Positions 55,109-64,000 of a DNA stretch of 64,000 nt are shown here, piece by piece. Under the pieces are notes generated by a model. It was not told where the DNA came from. It was given only the letters and a program-made list of their open reading frames with translations, and did no database searches. Position 1 is the stretch's first letter; each line of letters starts with the position of its first letter. Source of the DNA: Selenomonas ruminantium (lineage in GTDB: Bacteria; Bacillota; Negativicutes; Selenomonadales; Selenomonadaceae); NCBI RefSeq assembly GCF_015058625.1, contig NZ_SVCA01000005.1; one strand, 5' to 3'. The position numbers and the translations under genes are program-made.

Positions 55109-56227
55109 ATGAAAAGAGTATTAGCTTGTTTATTGGCCGGGGCTTTGGTTTTAGGGGGACTCCCCTCGTTGGCTTCGGCAGATAATGCGGTGACACGGAT
55201 AAAGGATATTGCCAAGGTGCAGGGCGTCCGATCCAACCAGCTCATGGGCTATGGTTTGGTGGTAGGGCTTAACGGCAGCGGCGATTCCAATAAATCTACG
55301 GAAACGGTGCAGTCCATTGTAAATATGCTAAAGACTTACGGCGTGGCGGTAAACCAGAGTTCCCTGAAATCTTCCAATGTGGCAGCGGTTATGGTAACGG
55401 CTACGTTGCCGCCCTTCGTGCGTGAGGGGGATACGATTGATACTACGATATCATCCATGGGGGATGCGAAAAGCATTCAGGGCGGCACCCTTCTGCAGAC
55501 GCCACTCAAGGCGGGCAACGGCAATGTCTATGCCGTTGCCCAGGGCCCTGTTTCTACCGGTGGCTTTCAGGCTGGCCGCGGAGGCAACAATTCCACGGCA
55601 ACCAAGAATTTCCCCACGGTGGGCATGACGCCCAATGGGGCTATCGTGGAACGGACGGTGGAGGATGATTTGGGCACCAACGGGCGCATTTCCCTGTCCC
55701 TCGCCCATCCGGATTTCACCACGGCAACCCGCATGGCAGAAGCCATCAACTCCCAGTATGGGAACGTGGCGCGGGCCGTGAACCCCGGGCGTATTGACCT
55801 TAACATTCCTTCCTATTTCCGTGGGAATGTCGTGGGCTTTGTGGCATCCATTGAGGAACTGCCGATTATACCGGATAATGTGGCCAAGATTGTGGTAAGT
55901 GAGCGCACGGGTACCATTGTCATGGGCGGTGATGTATCGGTGGACGAAATCGCCATCACGCAGGGCGGTCTTTCCATCCGGGTGCAGAAAAACGAAAATG
56001 CCAATCAGCCGGACCCCTTCAGCTACGGTACTACCATCGTGACCAAGAATACGGATGTGACCGTGACGGAGGATAAGGCCAGCACCGTGGTGCTGCCGGC
56101 TACGGCCAATATCAATGATATTGTCGGGGCGCTCAACGCAGTAGGTGCAACCCCCAGAGATATTATTTCCATCCTGCAGGCAATGAAGGCCGCCGGGGCT
56201 ATTCATGCAGACCTGCAGCTGATTTAA
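55109..56227 (+). CDS. flgI: Flagellar P-ring protein FlgI
   Basis: A signal peptide is followed by RIKDIAKVQGVRSNQLMGYGLVVGLNGSGDS, the FlgI signature. Confidence 0.85.
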   Translation: MKRVLACLLAGALVLGGLPSLASADNAVTRIKDIAKVQGVRSNQLMGYGLVVGLNGSGDSNKSTETVQSIVNMLKTYGVAVNQSSLKSSNVAAVMVTATLPPFVREGDTIDTTISSMGDAKSIQGGTLLQTPLKAGNGNVYAVAQGPVSTGGFQAGRGGNNSTATKNFPTVGMTPNGAIVERTVEDDLGTNGRISLSLAHPDFTTATRMAEAINSQYGNVARAVNPGRIDLNIPSYFRGNVVGFVASIEELPIIPDNVAKIVVSERTGTIVMGGDVSVDEIAITQGGLSIRVQKNENANQPDPFSYGTTIVTKNTDVTVTEDKASTVVLPATANINDIVGALNAVGATPRDIISILQAMKAAGAIHADLQLI

Positions 56228-56246
56228 GATTGTTTGCAAGAGGCAG

Positions 56247-56702
56247 GTGATGGCAATGCAGATAGGACCACTTACAGCGCCAGGCTTAGAGGGGAGTGGC
56301 AACACCAGTTATAATTCGGCTAAAGCTGCGGCCGACTCGGTGAAGTTCTCCAAGATTCTGGAGGAAGTACAGGGCCGGGCAGAAAAGGCATTGAATCCCA
56401 AGGAGGCGGCGGCCCTTCAGGAAGCCAAAGCCATGGAAAAGCGGGATAAGGAACTTAGAAAAGCCTGCGAGGGCTTTGAAGCCATCTTTCTCAATATGAT
56501 GTATCGCCAAATGCGGGCCACGGTGCCGGAAAACACTCTTTTCGGCGAGTCCCATGCCCTGAAAATTTTTCAGGATATGCGGGATGACGAACTGATGAAG
56601 AACGTGGCGGCGGGCGGCGGCATCGGTATTGCGGATATGATGTACAAACAGCTCAAACCGCAGGTTGAGAGTCGCAATGCAGCGCAAAATGTGATAAAAT
56701 GA
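56247..56702 (+). CDS. flgJ: Rod-binding protein (FlgJ N-terminal domain-like)
   Basis: The rod-binding motif is FEAIFLNMMYRQMRAT...LFGESHALKIFQDM. No muramidase domain is present. Confidence 0.65.
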   Translation: MMAMQIGPLTAPGLEGSGNTSYNSAKAAADSVKFSKILEEVQGRAEKALNPKEAAALQEAKAMEKRDKELRKACEGFEAIFLNMMYRQMRATVPENTLFGESHALKIFQDMRDDELMKNVAAGGGIGIADMMYKQLKPQVESRNAAQNVIK

Positions 56703-56763
56703 ATGGAAGGCGGGACGGTGAAAGGGCCGTCCCGATTTCTTTTCTATTCAGGGAGGTCATATT

Positions 56764-58263
56764 TTGTTTTTCAATAAACGCAATTTGACGGCTTTGACAT
56801 TGGCCGTATCTTTATTAGGTGTTCCTGTCTGGTCTGAGGCAGCGGACCTCAATTCCGTGCGCTATCATTCCGGCTCGGCACATGACCGGGTGGTTTTTGA
56901 CTGGTCGGCAATGCCCCGTTACAATGTGACGGTTTCCAGCGACAAGCGGACGGTGACCTTGGATTTTTACAATGCGGACAAGCGCAGTATTGATGAAAAA
57001 TCCTTCTCCAGCTCCCGCATTGAGAAGGTGACTTACACGGAGAAGAACGGGCATCTACTGGTGTCGGTGCGGCTGAAGCCCGGTCTGACCTATAAGGTGG
57101 CAAAGCTTGCGAATCCTGCCCGCGTCTTTATCGATGTACTGCCGCAGGCAGCGGGAAACAATCGCAAGCAGGCGCAGAAACCTGCGGGACAGGTTAAGCC
57201 GGGTACCAATAAGAAACCGAGCACGACCATTACCGGCGGCAATGTGATGAATCTCCATTATGATGGCCTGTATACGGAAATGGTGGCGCCAGGACTGGCA
57301 AGCCGTGAGTATGTCTACTGGGATGATGCCGGGCAGATTTCCGCGTACTTTATCGAAGCGGACAAGAATCTCTATAAGATTAAGCCGGTACTGGCTCGCG
57401 GGCGGGTGCCGGGGCTGCAGACCACCAGCGGTATCTCCGATATGACGGATGCGGTGGCGGCCGTCAATGCCACCTATTTTGCCGGCAATGGCGATGCCAT
57501 CGGCATGGTGAAGATTGATGGCGATATGGCAGGCACTACTTATTATCGGCGCACCGCTCTGGGCATTGGCTCGGATGGCAAGCCCTTCATGGGGCAGGTC
57601 ACCTACACGGGCCGCGTAACTCTGGGAAAAGTGACCCAGCCGATATCCGGTGTGGATGCGGAGCGCGGTGCGGACAATCTGACCGTTTACAATCACTGGT
57701 ACGGCAGCCGCACGCGAACCAATAACTTTGGCCGGGAATACACCGTGGTAAATGGCAAGGTAACCGCCATCAACACGGGCAATTCCGTAATTCCCAAGAA
57801 TGGCTGCGTGGTATCGGTGCATGGTAAGGTTGCCGAGGCCTTTGCCGGAGTCAAGGTCGGAGACCGGGCGGTTATCTCCCAGGAACTGGGCGCTCCCTGG
57901 AATCAGGCTTTGGAAATCATGGGCGCTGGCCCGCGTCTGGTGCAGAATGGTCAGGTGAACGTAACGGCAGGAGCCGAACAGTTCCCCTCGGATATCCGCT
58001 ATGGGCGTGCTCCCCGCAGTGCAGTGGCCATCCTTAAAAACGGCAATTACCTCTTTGGCGTGGTGGATGGCCGCCAGGCGAGCAGCAAGGGCCTGACCCT
58101 TACCGATTGGGCAAAACTGCTGGTGAAGATGGGCGCCAAGGACGCCATGAATCTGGATGGCGGCGGTTCCAGCGCTCTGGTAGTGGGGGGAGTCCTGCAA
58201 AACTCGCCCAGCGATGGCCATGAGCGTTCCGTGGGGTCGGCTCTGGTTCTCACCAATAAATAA
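56764..58263 (+). CDS. Secreted AMIN-domain plus phosphodiester glycosidase (NAGPA-like, DUF2233) protein
   Basis: It has a signal peptide. The N-terminal AMIN-like beta-sandwich is VRYHSGSAHDRVVFDWS...VTLDFYNA...ARVFIDV. The C-terminal domain carries AVNATYFAGNGDAIGMVKIDG and the MNLDGGGSSALVV hallmark of the phosphodiester glycosidase family. Confidence 0.6.
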   Translation: MFFNKRNLTALTLAVSLLGVPVWSEAADLNSVRYHSGSAHDRVVFDWSAMPRYNVTVSSDKRTVTLDFYNADKRSIDEKSFSSSRIEKVTYTEKNGHLLVSVRLKPGLTYKVAKLANPARVFIDVLPQAAGNNRKQAQKPAGQVKPGTNKKPSTTITGGNVMNLHYDGLYTEMVAPGLASREYVYWDDAGQISAYFIEADKNLYKIKPVLARGRVPGLQTTSGISDMTDAVAAVNATYFAGNGDAIGMVKIDGDMAGTTYYRRTALGIGSDGKPFMGQVTYTGRVTLGKVTQPISGVDAERGADNLTVYNHWYGSRTRTNNFGREYTVVNGKVTAINTGNSVIPKNGCVVSVHGKVAEAFAGVKVGDRAVISQELGAPWNQALEIMGAGPRLVQNGQVNVTAGAEQFPSDIRYGRAPRSAVAILKNGNYLFGVVDGRQASSKGLTLTDWAKLLVKMGAKDAMNLDGGGSSALVVGGVLQNSPSDGHERSVGSALVLTNK

Positions 58264-58356
58264 TTCGAATGGGACTTTGTGCCTATGGCAAAAACGTCTT
58301 AATCACGATATAATAAAAAGATAATGATTAAAAGCGAGCAAATGAGGTGAATTGTT

Positions 58357-60306
58357 TTGCGTAAATATATAAGGAAAGTGGCTGCTTTAGGAATGGCGGC
58401 CATGCTGGCTGTGCCGCCGACTGCAGGGCTGGCTATGGACCCGATACTGCCCCACAGTCAGGTAACGGAAGGGATGTCGGGCACGGCCTACACGGTGATT
58501 GACAGCAGCGGCGAGCTGCGGAATTTCCAGGTGGATATCGTGGGCAATATGGACAACGGCAAAGGCTCCCAGCCCATGATTATGGCCAAGGCTTCCGGCC
58601 CTGTGATTGAGCAGACCGGCGGCATCCTGCAGGGCATGAGCGGCAGTCCGGTCTATGTGGATGGCTATCTTATCGGTGCCGTGGCAGCAGGTATCAAGGA
58701 TATGACGCCGTATACCTTCTTCATTACGCCGATTGACGAGATGCTGCCCCTCTGGTCCATGCCGGACAAGAAGAACAAGACGCATATTTCCACGATAAAT
58801 ATCAAGAAAGCGGCGGAAACGCGGGAAAAGGCTGAGGCCGAGAAGAAGAAAAAGCAGGAAGAACGGGCTAAATCCCAGGATAAGAAAGTCTACGGGGATG
58901 AACTTCTCGACAGGGCGCGGGCGGCGGTAGCTGCTGATAAGGAAAAGAGCAAGGAAAAACAGCCTGCTTCCGATGCGGAAAAGAATGCAGATGCCAATGC
59001 GGAACCCAAGGATGTCATGTATTTTTCCGGCTTCAATCAGGCAGGTTTGGATTTTCTGAAGCGCCAGATTGACCCGCAGGGCAGTTACAAGTTCCTGCCC
59101 ATGGGCGCACCGAGTGCAGCGGATATGAATAAGACCGACTACCATGCAACGCTCGAACCGGGCTCGGCAGTGGGTGTGGCGGTTACCTATGGTGACTTTG
59201 CCGTAGGCGCTACGGGCACGGTTACGGCCGTGGACGGCAAGCGGATTCTGGCCTTTGGCCATCCCTTCCTCCATCGGGGGAATGTGAACTATTTTATGAC
59301 CGATGCTACCGTGGTGGGCACCATCAGCGGTCAGAGCAACGGCATGAAGGTGGCCAATATCGGCAATATCATCGGCCGTATCAGTCAGGACCGGGCTACG
59401 GGCATTGCCGGGACTTTGGGGCAGTTCCCGTCGGTGGTTCCTATCAAGGTCAATGTCAAGGACAACGGCCTTTCCCGCAGTGAAAACTACGGCGCCCGGA
59501 TTGCCTATGACGAGGATTTCCTGCCGCAGCTTTCCGGGGGCATTGCCTATGCAGCGCTCTCCAAGACCAGCGACAATCTCAGCGGCAGCACGGCCAAAGT
59601 TGGCTTCAAGATTCGCACCGATGCGGTGAAGGATGGTGTGGTCGCAAGAGATAATATGTTCTATAACACGGCGGATGTAGGCCAGATTGCCATGGCAGAA
59701 CTCATGCAGGCCATGAGCACCATCTGCCAGAATTCCGACAAGGAATCGGACATCATCGATGTACAGGTGGACATTACCGTGGACGGCGACCGCAAAACGG
59801 CTTCGCTGATTTCGGCCGTACCGGACAAGAAAAAGGTCAAACCCGGTGAGACGGTGAAATTCACCACCACCATCAAACCCTATCGCAAAGCCAAGGAAAC
59901 GCTGATTATTCCGTACACGATACCCGTGGCGCAGCCCAGCGGCACGCTGAATCTGGATATTCGGGGCGGCGGGCTGGTGCCTGTCACCACGCTGATGCTC
60001 CTGCAGCAGTCCGGCGTGGATGTGGTCAGCGAAGGCGACAACAAGCAGACCACGGAAGATAAACTGAAAAAGCTGGAAAGAGCCGGCAAGAACAATGAAA
60101 TCGTCATTGCTCCGGGACAGGTACAGAAACCGGTCAGCAAAGGTGCCATGCAGGAGGCGCAGCAGGCCGCTATGCAGCAGAGCAAAGAGCGGGTCAGCAA
60201 CCTCGACAAGCTGGGCAAGAAACCGGTGACTCCGGGCGAGACGAAATTTGCGACAGGCTACATCATTGACAATGTGATTCATGCCTCGCTGACAGTGGAA
60301 CGCTAA
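58357..60306 (+). CDS. Secreted peptidase S55 (SpoIVB-like serine protease) domain protein with Lys-rich linker and C-terminal beta-rich domains
   Basis: It has a signal peptide. The GMSGSPVYVDGYLIGAVAAG motif matches the SpoIVB catalytic-serine region. A highly charged low-complexity linker (KKAAETREKAEAEKKKKQEERAKSQDKK) follows. The protein is 649 aa. Confidence 0.5.
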   Translation: MRKYIRKVAALGMAAMLAVPPTAGLAMDPILPHSQVTEGMSGTAYTVIDSSGELRNFQVDIVGNMDNGKGSQPMIMAKASGPVIEQTGGILQGMSGSPVYVDGYLIGAVAAGIKDMTPYTFFITPIDEMLPLWSMPDKKNKTHISTINIKKAAETREKAEAEKKKKQEERAKSQDKKVYGDELLDRARAAVAADKEKSKEKQPASDAEKNADANAEPKDVMYFSGFNQAGLDFLKRQIDPQGSYKFLPMGAPSAADMNKTDYHATLEPGSAVGVAVTYGDFAVGATGTVTAVDGKRILAFGHPFLHRGNVNYFMTDATVVGTISGQSNGMKVANIGNIIGRISQDRATGIAGTLGQFPSVVPIKVNVKDNGLSRSENYGARIAYDEDFLPQLSGGIAYAALSKTSDNLSGSTAKVGFKIRTDAVKDGVVARDNMFYNTADVGQIAMAELMQAMSTICQNSDKESDIIDVQVDITVDGDRKTASLISAVPDKKKVKPGETVKFTTTIKPYRKAKETLIIPYTIPVAQPSGTLNLDIRGGGLVPVTTLMLLQQSGVDVVSEGDNKQTTEDKLKKLERAGKNNEIVIAPGQVQKPVSKGAMQEAQQAAMQQSKERVSNLDKLGKKPVTPGETKFATGYIIDNVIHASLTVER

Positions 60307-60422
60307 GGGGAAGCGTTCCTGGGCAAAAGTAAAACTAACCTATTGTAAAGACTGACGGTTAATGGTAAACTATTGGTTGGTGCTTTTTGAAGAGCATGAC
60401 TACTAGGAGGATAAGGAACTTA

Positions 60423-61688
60423 ATGGAAAAGTTGATTATACATGGGGGACGTCCACTCAAAGGGCGCGTAAAAATCAGCGGGGCCAAAAATGCGGTGCTG
60501 CCCATCATTGCAGCCACTCTTTTGGGTCAGGAGCGGGCAAGCCTCTTGGACGAAGTCCCGGCTCTGGAAGATGTACACACCATTACCGAGGTCTTGAAGA
60601 AATTAGGGGTCAAGGCAGAGTTTGATGAGGAAAAGCATCAGCTGAACGTGGACAGCACGGTAATCGGCAGCTGCGAAGCGCCGTATGATTTGGTGCGCAA
60701 GATGCGGGCATCTTTCCTGATTATGGGGCCGCTTTTGGCTCGCTGCGGACAGGCGAAAATCTCCCTGCCCGGCGGCTGTGCCATTGGCACCCGTCCCATC
60801 GACCTGCACTTGAAAGGTTTTGAAGCCCTGGGGGCCAAGATTAAGATTGGCCACGGCTTTATCGAAGCCACGGCTCCGGAAGGCCTCAAAGGTGCGAAAA
60901 TCTATCTGGACTTCCCCAGCGTAGGCGCTACGGAGAACATCCTGATGGCGGCCTCTATGGCAGAGGGTGTCACGGTGCTGGAAAATCCGGCGCAGGAACC
61001 GGAAATCGTGGATTTGGCCAATTACCTCAACGTGATGGGGGCCAAGATTCGCGGTGCGGGTACCAACGTCATCAAGATTGAAGGCGTGCCCAAACTGACG
61101 GGCCGTGATTACACCATCATCCCTGACCGCATTGAAGCAGGTACCTATATGGTAGCCGCTGCCATGACGCAGGGGGATGTCTATATCGAAAACGCCATCA
61201 GCGAACATCTGAAACCGGTTATCGCCAAGCTCAAGGAAGCTGGCGTTACCATTGAAGAAGATGTGGATGGCATCCGCGTGACCTGCGACAAGCGGACCAA
61301 GGCCGTGGATATCAAGACCATGCCGTATCCGGGCTTTCCGACGGATATGCAGGCGCAGTTTATGGCCATGCTGGCTATCTCGGAGGGTACTGGTCTCGTG
61401 ACGGAAACGGTGTTCGAGAACCGCTTTATGCATGTGGATGAACTCAAGCGCATGGGAGCCAACATCAAGATTGATGGCCGTACCTCTGTGGTGGAAGGCG
61501 TGGAAACCTTGACGGGCTGTCAGGTGAAAGCCACTGACCTGCGCGCCGGTGCTGCTATGGTGCTGGCTGGTCTCGTAGCCGAAGGGGAAACCCAGGTGGG
61601 CTACATTCACCATATAGACCGTGGCTATGATAACTTAGTAGATAAATTAGTAGGTCTGGGCGCAGATATCTGCCGCCGGGATTCCTAA
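60423..61688 (+). CDS. murA: UDP-N-acetylglucosamine 1-carboxyvinyltransferase MurA
   Basis: ATG at 60423 has an AGGAGG RBS. The N-terminus is [28 protein letters not shown]. The catalytic Cys region is [15 protein letters not shown]. The listed ORF start 60387 is an upstream extension. Confidence 0.85.
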   Translation: MEKLIIHGGRPLKGRVKISGAKNAVLPIIAATLLGQERASLLDEVPALEDVHTITEVLKKLGVKAEFDEEKHQLNVDSTVIGSCEAPYDLVRKMRASFLIMGPLLARCGQAKISLPGGCAIGTRPIDLHLKGFEALGAKIKIGHGFIEATAPEGLKGAKIYLDFPSVGATENILMAASMAEGVTVLENPAQEPEIVDLANYLNVMGAKIRGAGTNVIKIEGVPKLTGRDYTIIPDRIEAGTYMVAAAMTQGDVYIENAISEHLKPVIAKLKEAGVTIEEDVDGIRVTCDKRTKAVDIKTMPYPGFPTDMQAQFMAMLAISEGTGLVTETVFENRFMHVDELKRMGANIKIDGRTSVVEGVETLTGCQVKATDLRAGAAMVLAGLVAEGETQVGYIHHIDRGYDNLVDKLVGLGADICRRDS

Positions 61689-61692
61689 AATA

Positions 61693-61725
61693 GAAATGGC
61701 CTTGCCGATTTTGCGGCAAGGCTTT
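61693..61725 (+). terminator. Terminator after murA
   Basis: The stem GCCTTGCCG / CGGCAAGGC with loop ATTTTG is followed by TTTTCATTTG. Confidence 0.65.
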
Positions 61726-61761
61726 TCATTTGGCAGGATTTCTGCTATACTAATCTATGTT

Positions 61762-61838
61762 GCGGTTGTAGCTCAGTTGGATAGAGCGTCCGCCTCCTAA
61801 GCGGCAGGTCGCGCGTTCGAATCGCGCCAATCGCACCA
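61762..61838 (+). tRNA. tRNA-Arg (anticodon CCT)
   Basis: The acceptor stem is GCGGTTG/CAATCGC with discriminator A and CCA. The anticodon loop is CTCCTAA. The T-loop is TTCGAAT. Confidence 0.75.
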
Positions 61839-61848
61839 GTTATGCATT

Positions 61849-61947
61849 CAAAGACGTCCGGGCACGGGTAATATTTTCCTTCACTTAGACAAGCTTGTCA
61901 AACGTTACGGAAAACATTACCCATGCCCGGACTTTTTGCGTACACGA
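61849..61947 (+). terminator. Long imperfect palindrome / terminator-like hairpin after tRNA-Arg
   Basis: GTCCGGGCACGGGTAATATTTTCC ... GGAAAACATTACCCATGCCCGGAC forms a roughly 24-bp stem. The loop encloses a GACAAGCTTGTC palindrome. It is followed by TTTTTG. Confidence 0.5.
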
Positions 61948-62016
61948 CATTGAGATAGGCATGTGGCCGGTGCCTTCCCCTTGAGGGGGCGGCGAAGCGC
62001 TCGGAGGAGACGTGTG

Positions 62017-62403
62017 TTACCCTATCGGGCAGGAGGGCGCTTCGCCGCCACGCTCGGCGGTGTGTTTGCCCTCAAAGAGTGCCTGGCTGACCTTGCGCAT
62101 GAGCTCATCCTGTTCAGCGGCGGCAGAGAAGACTACCTGCTTATTGGCGGTTTCCTTTTCGGCATCCACTTCGGTGATGGCCAGCTGCAGGCGATGACTT
62201 TTGTCTTTGCGGAAGGAATAGCTGCTGCGGGTGGCCAGCCATTCCGTAATCATTTCGATATTCTGGAAGGATGCAACCTTGTTATAATCCTTGTAAATTT
62301 CGGCGGCCATAGCGGCGGCCTTTTTTTTGTCGGCGGCAGCGCCAATGATGGAAAACTCCGTACTGGCTTCCTCTGTTATAAGACAGGTAACGATGTAGAG
62401 CAT
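62017..62403 (-). CDS. Hypothetical protein (128 aa)
   Basis: The composition is protein-like (charged, Ala/Glu/Lys-rich). A plausible RBS (AAAGG) precedes the ATG. It competes with an overlapping + strand ORF (61963-62433) that is Arg/Gly-rich and has a poor start. Confidence 0.35.
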   Translation of the reverse strand: MLYIVTCLITEEASTEFSIIGAAADKKKAAAMAAEIYKDYNKVASFQNIEMITEWLATRSSYSFRKDKSHRLQLAITEVDAEKETANKQVVFSAAAEQDELMRKVSQALFEGKHTAERGGEAPSCPIG

Positions 62404-62821
62404 GATAAAACCTTTCTTTCTTCAATAAAGTAATGGACTGCATGTCCGCTATTATTGTAACAAATATCCTTCAAATGTCAATTTGCAGGCAGGGGGAGTG
62501 TATACAGATTGTGGACATTTCATGGTGCTGTAGCGCTAAAAATACATCTTTACACAGTTGATAAAATTTTTGTGTTATTTTTATAACACATATTTCCTTG
62601 TGCGAGGATAGGATATGGTGACGATTGGATAATGATACAAATAAAGGACATATGTCTTTGAAATGCAGAGGTAAAAAATGTATAGTTGTCCATGTAACAG
62701 TTTTTACACTTGCGGGCGGTTTGCAGATACTTAAATTTGTGCTATAATGTCTACTCGTAACAAACATTGTGAAAAATGCGTTGTTGTATGTGTAATTTGT
62801 AAGAAGTTAGGAGAATGTTTT

Positions 62822-64000
62822 ATGGTTGGAACGCAACCGGTGAACCGTAAAAAGGCGTTTAATATGCTTTTCTTCCTGGAGTTTTGGGAACGGTTTGGTT
62901 TTTATGGCCTGCAGGCCGTTTTGGCAGGTTTCTTTGTTAAGAGCCTGGGCATGGAAGATGCAGAGTCTTTCGTAGTATTTGGTGCATTCAGCGCCATGGT
63001 ATATGGTTATGTATCCATTGGCGGCTTTTTAGGCGATAAAGTGCTGGGTACCCAGCGCACGATTACGTTGGGCGCAGCGGTGCTCATGATTGGTTACTTC
63101 ATGATGGGCATGGCTGGTACCAATAAGGATATGGTATTCCTGGCACTCGGTGCTATTGCCTGCGGTAATGGTATCTTCAAGGCCAATCCGTCCTCCCTGC
63201 TTTCCAAACTCTATGAGGGGGCAGAGGAAGAACTGGACAGTGCCTTTACCATGTACTATATGGCCGTAAATATCGGTTCTTTCGTTTCCATGCTGCTCGT
63301 GCCTATCATTGGTGCGCAGTACGGCCTTGACCTGGGCTTTATGATTTGCGCTATGGGTCTGGTGCTGGCTATCGGCGGCTTCGTAAGTTTCCGTCACCTT
63401 GTGCGGGGCATTGACTCTCCGGCAGGTGCTGAAAAACTGTCCATGCCGAAACTTCTGGCAACGATTGCTGGCGTTGTGGCTATGACCTTTATATCCAGCT
63501 GGCTGCTCAGCCATCTGTCCGTAGCACACTGGCTGCTCCTTATCATTGGTATTCTGGTGTACGGTGTATTCATCAAGATGATTTTCCAGTCCTCCGGTGC
63601 TACCCGCAGCCATATGATTGCGGCTATGATTCTGATTGTGGAAGCTATCGTGTTCTTCACGCTGTATAATCAGATGCCGACATCGCTCAACTTCTTTGCG
63701 ATTAAGAACGTGGAACACAGCATTATGGGCATTAATATTCCTGATGCGCAGGTGTTCCAGACCCTCAATCCGTTCTGGATTATGCTGGCCAGCCCGGTTC
63801 TGGCTTTCCTCTATTCCCGTTTCGGCAGCCAGGGCAAAGACCTTTCGATGCCGGCCAAGTTTGCGCTGGGCATGCTGCTGACGGCAGGTTCCTTCCTCGT
63901 GGTTGGCTTCTCGGCTAACTTTGCCAGCGAAGCAGGTATTGTATCGGCTTGGTGGCTGGTAGGTTCCTACTTCCTGAGCTCCATTGGTGAGCTTCTCATC
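62822..64000 (+). CDS. Proton-dependent oligopeptide transporter (POT/PTR2 family, DtpT-like), 3' truncated by the window edge
   Basis: ATG at 62822 has an AGGAG RBS. The POT signature N-terminus is FFLEFWERFGFYGLQAVLAGFF. The motif GAIACGNGIFKANPSSLLSKLY matches the POT GNGxFKxN pattern. The frame is still open at 64000. It is absent from the ORF track because it has no stop in the window. Confidence 0.75.
   Translation, partial: MVGTQPVNRKKAFNMLFFLEFWERFGFYGLQAVLAGFFVKSLGMEDAESFVVFGAFSAMVYGYVSIGGFLGDKVLGTQRTITLGAAVLMIGYFMMGMAGTNKDMVFLALGAIACGNGIFKANPSSLLSKLYEGAEEELDSAFTMYYMAVNIGSFVSMLLVPIIGAQYGLDLGFMICAMGLVLAIGGFVSFRHLVRGIDSPAGAEKLSMPKLLATIAGVVAMTFISSWLLSHLSVAHWLLLIIGILVYGVFIKMIFQSSGATRSHMIAAMILIVEAIVFFTLYNQMPTSLNFFAIKNVEHSIMGINIPDAQVFQTLNPFWIMLASPVLAFLYSRFGSQGKDLSMPAKFALGMLLTAGSFLVVGFSANFASEAGIVSAWWLVGSYFLSSIGELLI

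Noticed and set aside
61963-62433. 156-aa + strand ORF overlapping the minus-strand hypothetical gene
   Set aside because: It has an Arg/Gly-rich, low-complexity N-terminus and no RBS. The opposite-strand ORF has more protein-like composition and a plausible start. Neither is confidently real.
1-64000. CRISPR arrays, insertion sequences, integrases or prophage genes
   Set aside because: No direct-repeat/spacer arrays, transposase/integrase-like ORFs or terminal inverted repeats were seen. The only repeats are the ompM paralogs, the zinc-ribbon codon repeats and terminator palindromes.

Overview
The window reads as chromosomal DNA from a diderm (LPS-containing) Firmicute of the Negativicutes class, probably Selenomonadaceae-like given about 55% GC. 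Almost all genes are on the + strand. Roughly the first 26 kb is one contiguous outer-membrane biogenesis supercluster. In order it carries the tamB 3' part, a sigma factor with a proline-rich putative anti-sigma, bamA, an unknown bamA-coupled protein, three OmpH/Skp-like chaperones, lpxD, an LpxL-family acyltransferase, lpxC, fabZ, lpxA, lpxI, lpxB, msbA, a waaA(kdtA)::lpxK fusion, kdsB, kdsA, kdsD, kdsC, a second LpxL-family acyltransferase, lptC, lptA, lptB and lptF/G. Next come a DUF3084 protein, a RuvC/YqgF-like nuclease, dCMP deaminase, wecA, a GC-rich hairpin array, wecB, an orphan AtpZ-like gene and tRNA-Gly(CCC) on the minus strand. A three-gene Psp-partner-like module follows (SPFH protein with three zinc ribbons, a zinc-ribbon membrane protein, a TPM protein), then tRNA-Val/Val/Leu/Leu with consensus promoters. 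After these are three tandem SLH-domain OmpM/Mep45-like porin paralogs, each with its own promoter, a conserved roughly 85-nt leader and a terminator. The remainder carries a Crp/Fnr regulator, an AzgA-type purine permease, a REC-GGDEF-EAL protein, a HAD hydrolase, aldose 1-epimerase, sucCD, ldh on the minus strand, mreB, flgF-flgG-flgA-flgH-flgI-flgJ(N), an AMIN plus phosphodiester-glycosidase protein, an S55 (SpoIVB-like) peptidase, murA, tRNA-Arg(CCT) and a 5' partial POT peptide transporter. No CRISPR array or obvious transposon was seen. Function calls come from recognisable family motifs read directly from the translations, and no database search was run.
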